Virus record (IMG/VR): IMGVR_UViG_3300042347_000977
Location: 1 to 53,480 of that record
Length of the DNA: 53,480 nucleotides
Source: a virus
Taxonomy: Duplodnaviria > Caudoviricetes
Reading direction: 5' to 3' (one strand)
Under the pieces are notes generated by a model. It was not told the origin of the DNA, did not search any database, and worked only from the letters and a program-made list of their open reading frames with translations. Of the stretch, positions 1-9,869 are shown piece after piece (the first letter of the stretch is position 1; every line of letters starts with the position of its first letter). Position numbers and translations under genes: made by a program.

Positions 1-466
1 GCGGAACCCATGCCGTGCCGTTCCATACGGGGATTTGCCCGTTTGTGGCAGAGCTTTGTTCAAGCTGGCTGAGAGGGTGGCTGTGGCTTGACGCAGCCGC
101 CCCAATATCCGCAGGCGTGAGCGCATCGCTCCCACCTACGGCATGGGAGGATTTGTGCGAGGTCGATGCCTTGCCAGCGTCAATCGTGTCTTGGTCTGAG
201 CTTGTTCGATAAGGCGTGAGAGCGTCGGGTTGCAAAGCAGAGTCGGCCTTGTCTCCCTGCGCGGCAGTGGCGTAAGCAGTAGCGTCGGTTGCTGCCGCCG
301 TTCCAAGTGTCGGCTTATCAGTGAGCTGGGTGTAGCTCGTAACCCCGCCGCCCGTGATACCAAGATTGATCCTCGCTTGTTCTGCCGTAGTCGCGCCTGT
401 GCCGCCGCCTGCTATGCTGCGGACACCGTTGGTTTCGACTGTGGTTCCGTTGAATTTCTTGTCCAT
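1..466 (-). CDS. Tail fibre-like protein, 5' part (runs off the window; not in the ORF track)
   Basis: ATG at 466 opens MDKKFNGTTVETNGVRSIAGGGTGATTAEQARINLG...GGVTSYTQLTDKPTLGTAAATD...SHAVGGSDALTPADIGAA...GQIPVWNGTAWVP with no stop to base 1. GGTGATTA..AR.NLG, ADIGAA and W.G..WVP are typical fibre motifs. Confidence 0.8.
   Translation of the reverse strand, partial: MDKKFNGTTVETNGVRSIAGGGTGATTAEQARINLGITGGGVTSYTQLTDKPTLGTAAATDATAYATAAQGDKADSALQPDALTPYRTSSDQDTIDAGKASTSHKSSHAVGGSDALTPADIGAAASSHSHPLSQLEQSSATNGQIPVWNGTAWVP
243..350. repeat. ~108-bp direct repeat shared with 2467..2574 (GGVTSYTQLTDKPTLGTAAATDATAYATAAQGxKAD)
   Basis: Near-identical DNA in two adjacent fibre genes; differences are mostly at synonymous positions. 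Confidence 0.9.
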
Positions 467-468
467 AC

Positions 469-681
469 TTAGAAGCGGATTTGCTTATGATCCCCGTTGA
501 GGCGGCAGTTAATGATGCCCGTGCCTTCGGGCAACAATATGTCTGCGGCAATAAGGTCTGCCCCTTCGATTTTATGCTGGTCGTAGATAGCCTGCGCTGC
601 GGCAGCATCTTCACTATCGGCGTCGATGAGTGATTCGACCCGCCGCTTCCAGTCCTGTCCAACTAATGTTATGTTTTTCAT
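469..681 (-). CDS. Small hypothetical protein between fibre genes (possible fibre chaperone)
   Basis: 70 aa. Start overlaps the stop of 678..4334 and the stop lies 2 nt before the next ATG. Confidence 0.65.
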   Translation of the reverse strand: MKNITLVGQDWKRRVESLIDADSEDAAAAQAIYDQHKIEGADLIAADILLPEGTGIINCRLNGDHKQIRF

Positions 682-3600
682 ACTTCCCCTTCTATTATGT
701 TCCTATTTTGATCCATGCAGTTAATCATGCGCGCTTTCCCTGTTGCTGGGGCAGTCAAATTAGGGAAAGACGATCCAGAACAATTTATGAATGTCCCGCT
801 AGCAACGCTAATGCTTCCAAAATCTCCCGTGCAACCTGTGAATGTCCCGCTGGCCGTGCCGCCACCGCCAAAGCTACCCCCGCCGCCTGTGCAGTTAATA
901 AATATACCGCTTGCCGTCTTACCAAAACTATTAGTCCCGCCTACGCAGTTTATAAATGTGCCGTTGGCTGTCCCGTTTGAGGCAAAACTGTTGTTCCCTC
1001 CTACGCAATTTATGAATGTCCCGCTCGCTATCCCGCCATTACCTACAAACCCCCAACTTCCTCTACCTACGCAATTCTCAAACACCTGCAAAGGCTTGTC
1101 ACTGGCGACGGTAAATGAATAGCCTGTTCCATTCCAATTTCTTACTTCAATGCCCGACACGCGAATGTCGTTGGCCGTGATATTAAAATAACCCCCCGTA
1201 TTAAAAATAACGGCAGGACGCTGCTCTTGCGCCCCAAGACCCACAATATCAACAAATTCTGCGTCAACCGGGATATTTTGTGTTTTCGTATTATATGTCC
1301 CCGGAAAAATTAAAAGATAAGCGCGATTGTTATTAGATGGAGACACCCCGTTTGGTTTTAAAGCCTTTGCTTGAGAGTATTTTAACTCAATATCATCTCC
1401 TGGCCTTGCGATGACATAGTTGCCATCGGAAATGTTTAATTTTGCGTTAAATGCCGCTTGAATTGCCGCCGCCGTGGGGAATGGCGGGGCCTCAAGCTTC
1501 ATGTCCTGTAAGAGCGGTGGTTCCCAGCCCCAACCTGACCCATTATAAACTCTATCGCCAACAGAAAATATATATTGTCCTCTTCTATCGGATGTGACAT
1601 TGACCCAATTCGTTAAGTTGCTGCTTCGATAAACATTCCCAGAATAGCCCATCACAAAAAAGAAACCGAGAGCGGCCGAATATCTAATTTGCGTATGCCC
1701 ATAACCTTCACTTGGTAGCGTGGAGGCCACCGCCCAGTTCACCCCGTCACTACTGGATACAACGGAGTTTGAGAAAACAGATACAGAATAAAACTGGTTA
1801 TTTGCGAAGCATACTGAATATGGGAAGTTCTGTATGGGATTGGAAGCCGTCCAATTTATACCGTCTAAACTATACGCAGCACCGCGTAGCGTCGCCCCCT
1901 CAAGCACATCAGACACAAGCACAAAACGCCCCCCTCCGTATACAATATCCTTAATTCTAGGAGAAGTCCCCGGAACGGTAGCGCTAACCCAATCTATGCC
2001 GTTCGCGCTATAGAAGACCTCCGCGCTACCGGAATTCTTATTTAGAGTAGCAATAAATTTATCGCCCTCGTAAATCAATCCTGTAAAAAAGCTATTTGAG
2101 GGAAACTGACTTGAAGACAAAGACCAGTTTATGCCATCATCGCTATACATCCATCCACCCTGAAGAGGAGAAGACCCTATCGTCCAATTTTTTGCTATTG
2201 CAACAAACTTGCCCCCTCCGTATTGAATATGAGTCCAAAATCTTTGATGCGGGAGGTCGTGTAAAGTCCAATTTCGCCCATCACTACTTATAGCTACTTG
2301 AGTTGAGGATATAGCGTAGAATTTAGAATTTGCGTATATTACTGAACCCCATTCTCTCGGAATCGTGTTACTCCCCCACCCAGCTTGCGGTGTAGCAGCC
2401 TTCGGATAGTCGAGCGGCACAGTCATCCAAGGCGTGAGGATCGGAGCGCTTAATTGGAGCGATGTATCGGCCTTCGCCCCCTGCGCGGCAGTGGCGTAAG
2501 CAGTAGCGTCGGTAGCGGCGGCAGTCCCCAGCGTTGGCTTATCAGTGAGCTGGGTGTAGCTCGTCACGCCGCCGTCCAACCCCGGCTCTCCAGCAATTGA
2601 AACATTCCAAGTCGAGTAAGTTCCGCTGCCGGATATTTTTGTGACAGTTAGCCCCCACGCATAAAACCCTCCCGCTGGGATGCCTACTGTCAGCTGGCCC
2701 TCTATCCAAGTGCTTGAGTTTGCGGACAATCTAACTCGATTACCAGTAGAATAAGCCGTTGCAAGCGCAGCGACCATATTAGGCGAATTGCTGGGTTGGG
2801 CCATACTACCCAAAATAAGCGCTTTAGTTCCCGTTGATACATCTATATTAAGAGAAGTAAATGTGAGGTTATACCCGCGACCATTGACTCCGTTAGAGCC
2901 CGCAGCACCTTTCAGATCATCCAGCGCAACAAGGTCAGTCCATGTGGTTCCGCCGACATACCGCCATTGGAGATGAGTCGTTCCTTTTTGAAGTTCTACT
3001 TCACTTCCGTCATCTCCCGCTGCGCCGTCACTCCCATCGGAGCCCTTCAGATCATCCAGCGCAACCAGATTGGTCCATGTGGCTTCGCCAACATACCGCC
3101 ATTGAATGTGAGTAGCGCTTTTTTGAAGCTCTACTTCACTTCCGTCAGCCCCATCAGCCCCGTCGCCTCCGTCACTTCCATCCAAACCCTTTTGGGCAAT
3201 CCTTGTCCAGAAAGCACCTTCGGAGGGGGTGTCCCCCACATTCCCGCCGTTACTATGCTTCCGATACCATGTTTCCCCTGAGTATGTAGCCACATCACCT
3301 ACCGCATACGGCAGGCCCGGATTGTAAGCGCCCGTGAAATTCCATAGAGCGTCAGCCCCCGCCGCTCCGTCACTCCCATCGGCTCCATCAGAGCCCTTCA
3401 GATCATCCAGCAGAACCAGATTGGTCCATGTAGTGCCGCCGACATACCGCCACTGGATATGAGTCGTTCCCTTTTGAAGCTCTATTTCACTTCCGTCAGC
3501 CCCCGCCGCGCCGTCACTTCCATCAACTCCGCCAGAACCCTTCAGATCATCCAGCAGAACCAGGTTAGTCCATGTAGTGCCACCGACATACCGCCACTGG

Positions 3601-4334
3601 ATATGAGTCGTTCCCTTTTGAAGCTCTATTTCTTTTCCATCATCCCCCGCAGCTCCGTCACTTCCATCAGCCCCGTCAGCGCCTTTCAGATCGACCAGCG
3701 CAACCAGATCGGTCCATGTAGTGCCGCCGACGTAACGCCATTGGAGATGAGTCGTTCCTTTTTGAAACTCGACATCACCGCCATCGACTCCCGCAGCGCC
3801 TTTCAGATCATCCAGCGCAATAAGATTAGTCCATACAAGGTCGCCAACATACCGCCACTGGACATGGGTTGCGTTTTTTTGAAGCTGGACTTCACGAAAA
3901 CTTACAGCGTTTACCGGAGCAGCCTCGTTCCCCTGGATATAATCCTTTGAGATAACGACTGGGACAGGCACGCTGGATTGAGTCACATTTTCGTAAACCC
4001 ACTCAATCTCCAATACAAGGTTTACGGATGCCCCAGTAAGCAGAGCATTTAGCTCTACCGTGTTGAGATTAAGGTCAAACTTGTATACAGCATTTGCTGC
4101 GCTGCCAGACTTGACCCACCCCAAAGCAGATGCCACAGGGAGAGCTGTATAAGCGCCCGGCTGCTTGAGCATAAGCTTCCCAGAGGCCATCGCAGGCCAC
4201 TCCACAAACTTGCCGGAAGAAATAAACTTAACCTCTACAGGGAACCGGTCCCCCCGCGTCATAGAGAGGGATGGCACCTCGCCGCCGCGCCATGTCAATA
4301 CTGTCCGAGTCTCTGCATCGATCGCTATTCTCAT
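678..4334 (-). CDS. Long tail fibre / receptor-binding protein
   Basis: 1218 aa. N-terminal adaptor domain, six ELQKGTTHxQWRYVG..W..L..LDDLKG repeats with Gly-X-Y linkers, a Y.VGDV..Y.G..W carbohydrate-binding-like module, S.DG.NW propeller-type repeats, and C-terminal GTFINC.GG..SF beta-helix-like repeats. Confidence 0.85.
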   Translation of the reverse strand: MRIAIDAETRTVLTWRGGEVPSLSMTRGDRFPVEVKFISSGKFVEWPAMASGKLMLKQPGAYTALPVASALGWVKSGSAANAVYKFDLNLNTVELNALLTGASVNLVLEIEWVYENVTQSSVPVPVVISKDYIQGNEAAPVNAVSFREVQLQKNATHVQWRYVGDLVWTNLIALDDLKGAAGVDGGDVEFQKGTTHLQWRYVGGTTWTDLVALVDLKGADGADGSDGAAGDDGKEIELQKGTTHIQWRYVGGTTWTNLVLLDDLKGSGGVDGSDGAAGADGSEIELQKGTTHIQWRYVGGTTWTNLVLLDDLKGSDGADGSDGAAGADALWNFTGAYNPGLPYAVGDVATYSGETWYRKHSNGGNVGDTPSEGAFWTRIAQKGLDGSDGGDGADGADGSEVELQKSATHIQWRYVGEATWTNLVALDDLKGSDGSDGAAGDDGSEVELQKGTTHLQWRYVGGTTWTDLVALDDLKGAAGSNGVNGRGYNLTFTSLNIDVSTGTKALILGSMAQPSNSPNMVAALATAYSTGNRVRLSANSSTWIEGQLTVGIPAGGFYAWGLTVTKISGSGTYSTWNVSIAGEPGLDGGVTSYTQLTDKPTLGTAAATDATAYATAAQGAKADTSLQLSAPILTPWMTVPLDYPKAATPQAGWGSNTIPREWGSVIYANSKFYAISSTQVAISSDGRNWTLHDLPHQRFWTHIQYGGGKFVAIAKNWTIGSSPLQGGWMYSDDGINWSLSSSQFPSNSFFTGLIYEGDKFIATLNKNSGSAEVFYSANGIDWVSATVPGTSPRIKDIVYGGGRFVLVSDVLEGATLRGAAYSLDGINWTASNPIQNFPYSVCFANNQFYSVSVFSNSVVSSSDGVNWAVASTLPSEGYGHTQIRYSAALGFFFVMGYSGNVYRSSNLTNWVNVTSDRRGQYIFSVGDRVYNGSGWGWEPPLLQDMKLEAPPFPTAAAIQAAFNAKLNISDGNYVIARPGDDIELKYSQAKALKPNGVSPSNNNRAYLLIFPGTYNTKTQNIPVDAEFVDIVGLGAQEQRPAVIFNTGGYFNITANDIRVSGIEVRNWNGTGYSFTVASDKPLQVFENCVGRGSWGFVGNGGIASGTFINCVGGNNSFASNGTANGTFINCVGGTNSFGKTASGIFINCTGGGGSFGGGGTASGTFTGCTGDFGSISVASGTFINCSGSSFPNLTAPATGKARMINCMDQNRNIIEGEV
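2908..3895 (-). repeat. Six dispersed ~100-bp coding repeats (QKGTTHxQWRYVGGTTWTxLVxLDDLKG) in the fibre gene
   Basis: Repeats visible in both DNA (cccttcagatcatccagc...) and protein. Confidence 0.9.
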
Positions 4335-4338
4335 AAAT

Positions 4339-4779
4339 TTATTCAGGAGCCTGGTCGCCAGGCCGCGTGTAGTCGTTATCCACCGTGAATGTCACCGCGC
4401 GGCTCGTGCGCCTCACGCCGCGATGCGCCCACTCCACCTCCATCACGAAGCTCACTTGCGCCAGTTCGCCCGAGAGGCTGGAAAATGCCTCCGCCACAGG
4501 CTCCGTGGCCAGGCTGAGCTGGAAAACATAGTAGGCCGCAGCCCCGTAGCCCACCTTGCGCCAAGTCGTGCTACCCGCCACCATCGGCCCGGAGTAATCT
4601 TGGGCGCTCTTGATCGCCAGCCTCCCCGTCGCGGCATGCGGGAGTTCTTTGCCTACACCGCCTTGCGTGAAGCGCACTTGCACGGGGAAGACATCGCCGC
4701 GACGCGCCGAGAGCACCTGCACGGCGCTTCCCGTGTAGTCCCCCACCGCAAAAGTATCCAGATCGATCGAAAGGCGCAT
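4339..4779 (-). CDS. Stand-alone baseplate/fibre adaptor domain (BppU-like), paralogue of the fibre N-terminus
   Basis: MRLSIDLD..RRGDVFPVQVRF..YVFQLSL..MEVEW..DNDY aligns by eye with MRIAIDAE..TRGDRFPVEVKF..YKFDLNL..LEIEW..SKDY of 678..4334. Confidence 0.7.
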   Translation of the reverse strand: MRLSIDLDTFAVGDYTGSAVQVLSARRGDVFPVQVRFTQGGVGKELPHAATGRLAIKSAQDYSGPMVAGSTTWRKVGYGAAAYYVFQLSLATEPVAEAFSSLSGELAQVSFVMEVEWAHRGVRRTSRAVTFTVDNDYTRPGDQAPE

Positions 4780-4797
4780 TTGCAGAAGCGCCGGGCG

Positions 4798-5283
4798 TCA
4801 ACCCTCGGCGTGAGGCGCTACAGCCTGCCAATACCCCATTGGGCACACGGATGTCGCCATGCGTAGCTTCACCTCCGTGCTGCACCCGCATTGGCGGCAC
4901 GAGCCCGTGCCTCCAAACCCCTCCGGGTCCCAGTATTGGCACGCCTTGCAGGTATCCAGCCGCACTTGCAGATGCTCCAGCGGCGTGCGCGGCAACCCTG
5001 CCGCCACAAACTTGGCCGCGCTGCTGAAAAAACTCTTCGCCATGTCCGTGATCGTCGGCGGCACATTGTCTGGCACCGGCACTATCGCAGATGCCTGCGG
5101 CACAGCCTCCCACTTCTGAAGCGGACACCCCACATGCGCCACCCGCAGCTTCGACTCGATCGGGCAGCCGCAAGCCAGGCACTGCCCCTTCCCCTCAAAA
5201 GCCTCTGCATTATGGTGCTCGCAGCCCTTACAAACCTCAAGCCGCGATTGGAAAAGCTCATCCGAAGCAAATGGAGTCGTCAT
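4798..5283 (-). CDS. Protein with two tandem Cys-rich (CxxC..CxxCGC..K....CP..W) domains
   Basis: RLEVCKGC..CLACGCPIESKLR....CPLQKW and RLDTCKAC..CRQCGCSTEVKLR....CPMGYW. Confidence 0.75.
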   Translation of the reverse strand: MTTPFASDELFQSRLEVCKGCEHHNAEAFEGKGQCLACGCPIESKLRVAHVGCPLQKWEAVPQASAIVPVPDNVPPTITDMAKSFFSSAAKFVAAGLPRTPLEHLQVRLDTCKACQYWDPEGFGGTGSCRQCGCSTEVKLRMATSVCPMGYWQAVAPHAEG

Positions 5284-5307
5284 ACGACCTTTTTGCGAAG
5301 CGTCAAC

Positions 5308-6018
5308 TTATGAGCGCACGATTTCCTCGCTGCGCAGGCTCCTTATCTCCCGCCCGCCTTCGTGCTTCACGGTATAGACAAGCCTGCTCCCCAGCAGCGT
5401 GCATTTATACACCGACTCCCCAGCCAGATTTGTTATCTCCTCGCTTTCAGAGAGGTCGGGAGAGCAAAGGTAGGATCGCGGCCGCCCCTGGTCTTCACCT
5501 GTAATAATGAGCCGCCCCTCTCCATGGACAGGACACACGCGATAAATGTATTGAAATCCCAGCACAGGCCCGAGATCCACGCCATCCCGCAACAAGTGAT
5601 CCTCTCTCGGCGTTTTTTTGACCTTGTAAAAAGACCCCTCCACCCACGAGGCGCTAAACCCAGCCTCTCCAACCGACCACTCCCCAGCCTGCTCCACATC
5701 CCAATCCGTTTGCAACGAGCAAAATCGATACACGATCGGCGTGTTTGGCCCCTTGTTGAACCCTGCCACATACCGGAGCAGCACCTGGTCGCCCTGCGCC
5801 TGGAGGTGCGGGTTGCACTCAAGGATCACCTGCCCGTGCTGCGGGTGCGAGCGCGGCGTGGGCACCTCGCGCTCTCCATCCTGCGAAATCCAAATCTTCC
5901 ACGGCATCAAAGAATAGGAGCCGCCAAAAACAAGCTCCACCAGCGCCTCCGCCCCACAGTAGAGAAGCCCCTCCTGCCCCCCTGGACTCTTAAAAAGATA
6001 AGGTTGATTTTTTTGCAT
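5308..6018 (-). CDS. Hypothetical protein
   Basis: 236-aa ORF tightly packed in the minus-strand operon. Confidence 0.6.
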   Translation of the reverse strand: MQKNQPYLFKSPGGQEGLLYCGAEALVELVFGGSYSLMPWKIWISQDGEREVPTPRSHPQHGQVILECNPHLQAQGDQVLLRYVAGFNKGPNTPIVYRFCSLQTDWDVEQAGEWSVGEAGFSASWVEGSFYKVKKTPREDHLLRDGVDLGPVLGFQYIYRVCPVHGEGRLIITGEDQGRPRSYLCSPDLSESEEITNLAGESVYKCTLLGSRLVYTVKHEGGREIRSLRSEEIVRS

Positions 6019-6021
6019 AAT

Positions 6022-7119
6022 TTAGCTCAGCGATTGCGTTGGCCCCCCGTTTCGCGTCGTCCACTGCTGCTCCGTCGCCCAGCCGTCACCACAATTCCTC
6101 TGCAATTCCATATATCCATTATAGGAGTAGGTTGGCGGCGTCCAAGAGCTGGGCGGCGTGCCCGTCCCGCTCTCATAAACAACACCATACCCCACCTCAA
6201 TAATCTGCCACTCACAACCATCTTCATCATCATCCACACACCTATAACAAGTCTGGCAGGGATTATCCGACCACACCGGCCCCGCAATGGTCTGCAATGT
6301 CTGCCCCTCCGAGCAAGCATTCGCGCCGCTGGACGGAGGCGCGGCGCTCGACCAACCCGCTGGGCACTCGCAGTCATCGTCGCATACCTCATCTTGCGCA
6401 CAACCGTTTCTATCGGATTTGTATCCTCCAACGCAATCAGACCAATCCGGCTGTATGATCCCCGTAGCCTGTTTTGTCTGGGGCGAGCAGTAACCGTTTG
6501 TATCCGTTTGAGTTTGCGTAAACGGGCCAGCCGAGGCGCATTTTGTGCCCTCACCCGGAGTCCAGACGCCCCAGCTCGGCACCCCTGTGCCTGTGGCTTG
6601 CTTTGTTTGCTGTGGGCATCCGCTGGTAAAAGTAGTGCCCCCGTATTTGACTGAGCTTTGAAGTGTTCGCGTGTATGTTGTTCCCTCACACACATTGGAT
6701 GGCTCCTTACCCGTCCAAGAGGAATTGTCATATGAACAAGTTCTGCACGCCGTGCAGGAACCCGCCGACCCGCCGAAATTTTGAGTATTTACTCCCACTG
6801 AACCAGAGGCACACGAAGACTGATACGGAACACCCTCAGAATCCTTGAAATCCTTGCATTCACAACCCCTTTTGGCTGTATATGACCCGACATCGTTGCA
6901 TTTGCTAAACTTTTGGCTGTAATCTATGCCTCCGCCCGGCTTGGGGACTCCCCAATTTTCAAAACAAATTTGGCAATTTATGGTTCCTCCGGTGGATACA
7001 CTAAATGTTGGCGTGAAAGTCACGCTTTTCCCCGGTTGAACACTTTTTGAGAAAGTCGACGATACCCCACCAGATCCCCCATTGGTAGTGCATTTTAATG
7101 TTGTCCAGTAATTCGCCAT
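6022..7119 (-). CDS. Cys/Thr/Gly-rich putative virion surface protein
   Basis: 365 aa with many Cys; internal repeat CPQQTKQATG / CSPQTKQATG. Confidence 0.7.
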   Translation of the reverse strand: MANYWTTLKCTTNGGSGGVSSTFSKSVQPGKSVTFTPTFSVSTGGTINCQICFENWGVPKPGGGIDYSQKFSKCNDVGSYTAKRGCECKDFKDSEGVPYQSSCASGSVGVNTQNFGGSAGSCTACRTCSYDNSSWTGKEPSNVCEGTTYTRTLQSSVKYGGTTFTSGCPQQTKQATGTGVPSWGVWTPGEGTKCASAGPFTQTQTDTNGYCSPQTKQATGIIQPDWSDCVGGYKSDRNGCAQDEVCDDDCECPAGWSSAAPPSSGANACSEGQTLQTIAGPVWSDNPCQTCYRCVDDDEDGCEWQIIEVGYGVVYESGTGTPPSSWTPPTYSYNGYMELQRNCGDGWATEQQWTTRNGGPTQSLS

Positions 7120-7120
7120 T

Positions 7121-8578
7121 TTATTCGAGCCTCATTCTCAGTGACACAGAAAGAACTCCCTCGCCTACCTCGCCGCGCACGAGCTTGTAGATCGCATAGG
7201 CACCACCCACCGGCACACTAGCCTCGCTCACCACCTCCCACGGCGGTCCATACGCCAGCACTTCAGTCCACGCATCTCCGCCCCCGCTACGGTATTCCTC
7301 TATACCCATACTGGCATGAGCGGCAAAAAACTTGATATATAGGCCGCAAAGGTTCCCAGTGGTCGGCTCGCCATCGAAATGCGACAGCATCGACACACTC
7401 AGGCGACCCGGATACCTTGGCGGTATCGCAAGCTCACCGATGGTCACAGCGCCGATATTCACCAAATTGCGCCCATCCAGATCCACCAATACATCCCCAC
7501 CCGAGGGCCACCCTGCGATATAACCCCCTTCGGAGTAAAGTCTATTATGAATCACAGTCCAAGTTCGAAGCATCTTCGTCTCATCCAATGAACTGGAAGC
7601 TGGAACCCCGCTGCCGGAGAGCACCCAATCTGTCGCCGACAAGTCCGCGTAGCCTATATCCGTAGCTTTCAAAGGCCGAGCGATAGCACCAGTGGCGGGG
7701 GCAGCATTTGCTGGGTTGTAATTATAGCCCCACAGCACCATCGAGTTAGCGGTCGACTCCCAAGCAGGAGAATCCGAAGGGCGCAGCCCGATCCACTTGA
7801 TATCTGTGGGCTCACCGGGGCGAACAAGTCGCGTGCCCGTCGTCGGCCAGCTATATCTCCTTGCGTGCGCAGTGCTTTTATTAAGCATCCGCAACACGCT
7901 CATCACCTGTCCAAGCGTGTATTTATCAAAAGGAAGAGATTTATTTATTACCAAAAAATACTGCTTGCAGCCCTCTGCACCACAAATCACAAAAGAATAG
8001 CTTCCTGAACTCCCCGCCGCAGGAGTCCCTACTATGGCATCCCCCACAATCGACAACCCCGCTGGCAACACGCCAACCGCTACCACATATTCCCCAGGCG
8101 GCGGCAACTCGTCGATGTAAAGAGAGCATCCCGATCCCGTGCACACAGAAGTCCCTGTAAGCAAGAGAGACTCGTTATAAAAAACACCCTCCGTTCCATT
8201 ATCAAGACCTATGCCAACAAGGTTCTCATTTTCAGAGATGACAACAACATTCTCCTCGCCGCCCTCGATTGGCAAGGGCTTCGGAGTCGGAGGAGTCGGC
8301 GAGGGACTCGGGCTTGGCGAGGGACTCGGGCTTGGCGAGGGACTCGGGCTTGGCGAGGGACTCGGACTTGGCGAGGGGCTCGGACTTGGCGAGGGACTCG
8401 GACTTGGCGAGGGACTCGGGCTTGGCGAGGGACTCGGGCTTGGCGAGGGACTCGGGCTTGGCGAGGGTCCGCCGCCGCCAGGCGCAGTCGATGTCAGGCT
8501 AGTTTCCCCATAAACACTACCCGAATTAACGCAATCAGATAGTATTTGATTGGGCGGGTTGTTTACAGTGAAGCCCAT
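7121..8578 (-). CDS. Putative virion protein with (Pro-Ser)n stalk and Ig-like domain
   Basis: Long PS tract followed by LPAGLSI.G.AIVGTP....GSYSF (putative Ig/He_PIG-like pattern). Confidence 0.75.
   Translation of the reverse strand: MGFTVNNPPNQILSDCVNSGSVYGETSLTSTAPGGGGPSPSPSPSPSPSPSPSPSPSPSPSPSPSPSPSPSPSPSPSPSPSPSPSPSPSPSPSPTPPTPKPLPIEGGEENVVVISENENLVGIGLDNGTEGVFYNESLLLTGTSVCTGSGCSLYIDELPPPGEYVVAVGVLPAGLSIVGDAIVGTPAAGSSGSYSFVICGAEGCKQYFLVINKSLPFDKYTLGQVMSVLRMLNKSTAHARRYSWPTTGTRLVRPGEPTDIKWIGLRPSDSPAWESTANSMVLWGYNYNPANAAPATGAIARPLKATDIGYADLSATDWVLSGSGVPASSSLDETKMLRTWTVIHNRLYSEGGYIAGWPSGGDVLVDLDGRNLVNIGAVTIGELAIPPRYPGRLSVSMLSHFDGEPTTGNLCGLYIKFFAAHASMGIEEYRSGGGDAWTEVLAYGPPWEVVSEASVPVGGAYAIYKLVRGEVGEGVLSVSLRMRLE
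8298..8467. repeat. 18-bp tandem repeat (ggcgagggactcgggctt) x ~9.4 encoding (PS)n
   Basis: Directly visible. Confidence 0.95.
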
Positions 8579-8587
8579 ACTTACGCC

Positions 8588-9370
8588 TTAAGGAATGTTA
8601 TCACGGTGCACACGCAGGAGAAACGGCTGCGTAGTGATGCGGTTTATTTCGCCAGGGCCAGCACCTGGGTAACGGCTAAAGATAAGCTGAAACTCGCATA
8701 GACAATTCGCCCGAGTGCCACTCTCCGCCTCATAGTCACCAAGAAACGCGAGAAGCGCGGCGTCCGTGAAATTCACATTCACAAAATAGCGGCGCACATA
8801 CCCTGAGCCATCATAGACCACAGAAGTCTTGTAATTCCAATCCTCTGTAACAAAAAAAACAGGGTCAGTATCCAGTCCTTTAATGCTAAATTTTGCGGCC
8901 AATAATTTAGGGAACACATTGGTCACAGACTGTCCGGTTGCGCCCTCCACGAATCGCAATGAAAAAGTCACAATATCCCCATAGCGCACCCCTCCCGCTG
9001 CGGCAGCGAGCGGCGTTTCTGCGGCAAATGCGTCGGGAAATGTCACCGCCCAAGTGCTGGTGTTGATTACTACCGCCTTTGAGATGTCTCGCCCCTGCGG
9101 CACATCGAAGAGGCCCATAGTAAAGAGCAGCGGCGCACTGTCGCCATCCGCATTTGAGGCGATAAACCTCACATCCCATACACCAGCGATCGTGCCAGAT
9201 CCATAGATGCGGCCCGAGGCTGTATCAAACAGCACTCCGTTTGGCAAAAAAGTGCCAGGAGCCACGCGCCAAGCCGTAGGCTCACCGGTCGCAAGGAGTT
9301 GAAAGGAAAATTCCTGCCCGACAGCCCATGCCAGCACAGTCTGAGTCGCGGAAATAGTCGGAGTAGCCAT
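8588..9370 (-). CDS. Ig-like domain plus BppU-like adaptor domain tail protein
   Basis: P.ISA......VGQEFSFQL.ATG.PT.W....LPNGV.FD..SGRI.G..T..G (putative Ig), then RYGD.V.F.LRF..FSIK..F.LRVHRD. Confidence 0.7.
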   Translation of the reverse strand: MATPTISATQTVLAWAVGQEFSFQLLATGEPTAWRVAPGTFLPNGVLFDTASGRIYGSGTIAGVWDVRFIASNADGDSAPLLFTMGLFDVPQGRDISKAVVINTSTWAVTFPDAFAAETPLAAAAGGVRYGDIVTFSLRFVEGATGQSVTNVFPKLLAAKFSIKGLDTDPVFFVTEDWNYKTSVVYDGSGYVRRYFVNVNFTDAALLAFLGDYEAESGTRANCLCEFQLIFSRYPGAGPGEINRITTQPFLLRVHRDNIP

Positions 9371-9397
9371 CTACGAGCGCACCCCAGCGTCAACAAT

Positions 9398-9853
9398 TCA
9401 TTCAGCCGCTTCCGGCTTCGGGCACCAGTAATCCAGATACCCCTGCCCATACCAAACCAGTATCTCCTCCCCCGCCTTGATAGGCTTCTTGGCCGTGAAA
9501 ACCAGCAAGCTATCGCCTGCATAGATATGGCTATCTGCAGTGGCGTCCTGCTCCTTATCGGCAGAATTATAAATAGCCCCATATCCCAGAGCGATCACAG
9601 CACTATCGCCATGCTTTTTGCAATCTTCGCACGCACACCTACTCCACCAGGCGTAGCGGCGTATCTGCGCGTCACCTATGTATTTTCTCTTCCACTCCAG
9701 CACAATCGCGTGGCAATACTCCACCACCTCACCCTCGGCAATATCCCGCCGCGCAAAAACACCCAGCCCCTTGCCCGGCGACTCCTTGATTTCCAGGTGG
9801 TCGAGCCGCACCCCCTGCACTTTCAGCCTTTTCCACTCAGCGATATGATCCAT
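9398..9853 (-). CDS. SET-domain lysine methyltransferase-like protein
   Basis: GKGLGVFARRDIAEGEVVE, YN(S)A at the NHS position, FTAKKPIKAGEEILVWYG..Y. Confidence 0.85.
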   Translation of the reverse strand: MDHIAEWKRLKVQGVRLDHLEIKESPGKGLGVFARRDIAEGEVVEYCHAIVLEWKRKYIGDAQIRRYAWWSRCACEDCKKHGDSAVIALGYGAIYNSADKEQDATADSHIYAGDSLLVFTAKKPIKAGEEILVWYGQGYLDYWCPKPEAAE

Positions 9854-9869
9854 TCCTCAAAAACTTGGG

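Noticed and set aside
243-2574. Diversity-generating retroelement TR/VR pair
   Set aside because: Differences are mainly synonymous rather than adenine-specific, both copies are in mid-gene coding sequence, and no reverse transcriptase is seen.
5362-6654. 430-aa plus-strand ORF
   Set aside because: Overlaps two well-packed minus-strand genes and has no motifs.
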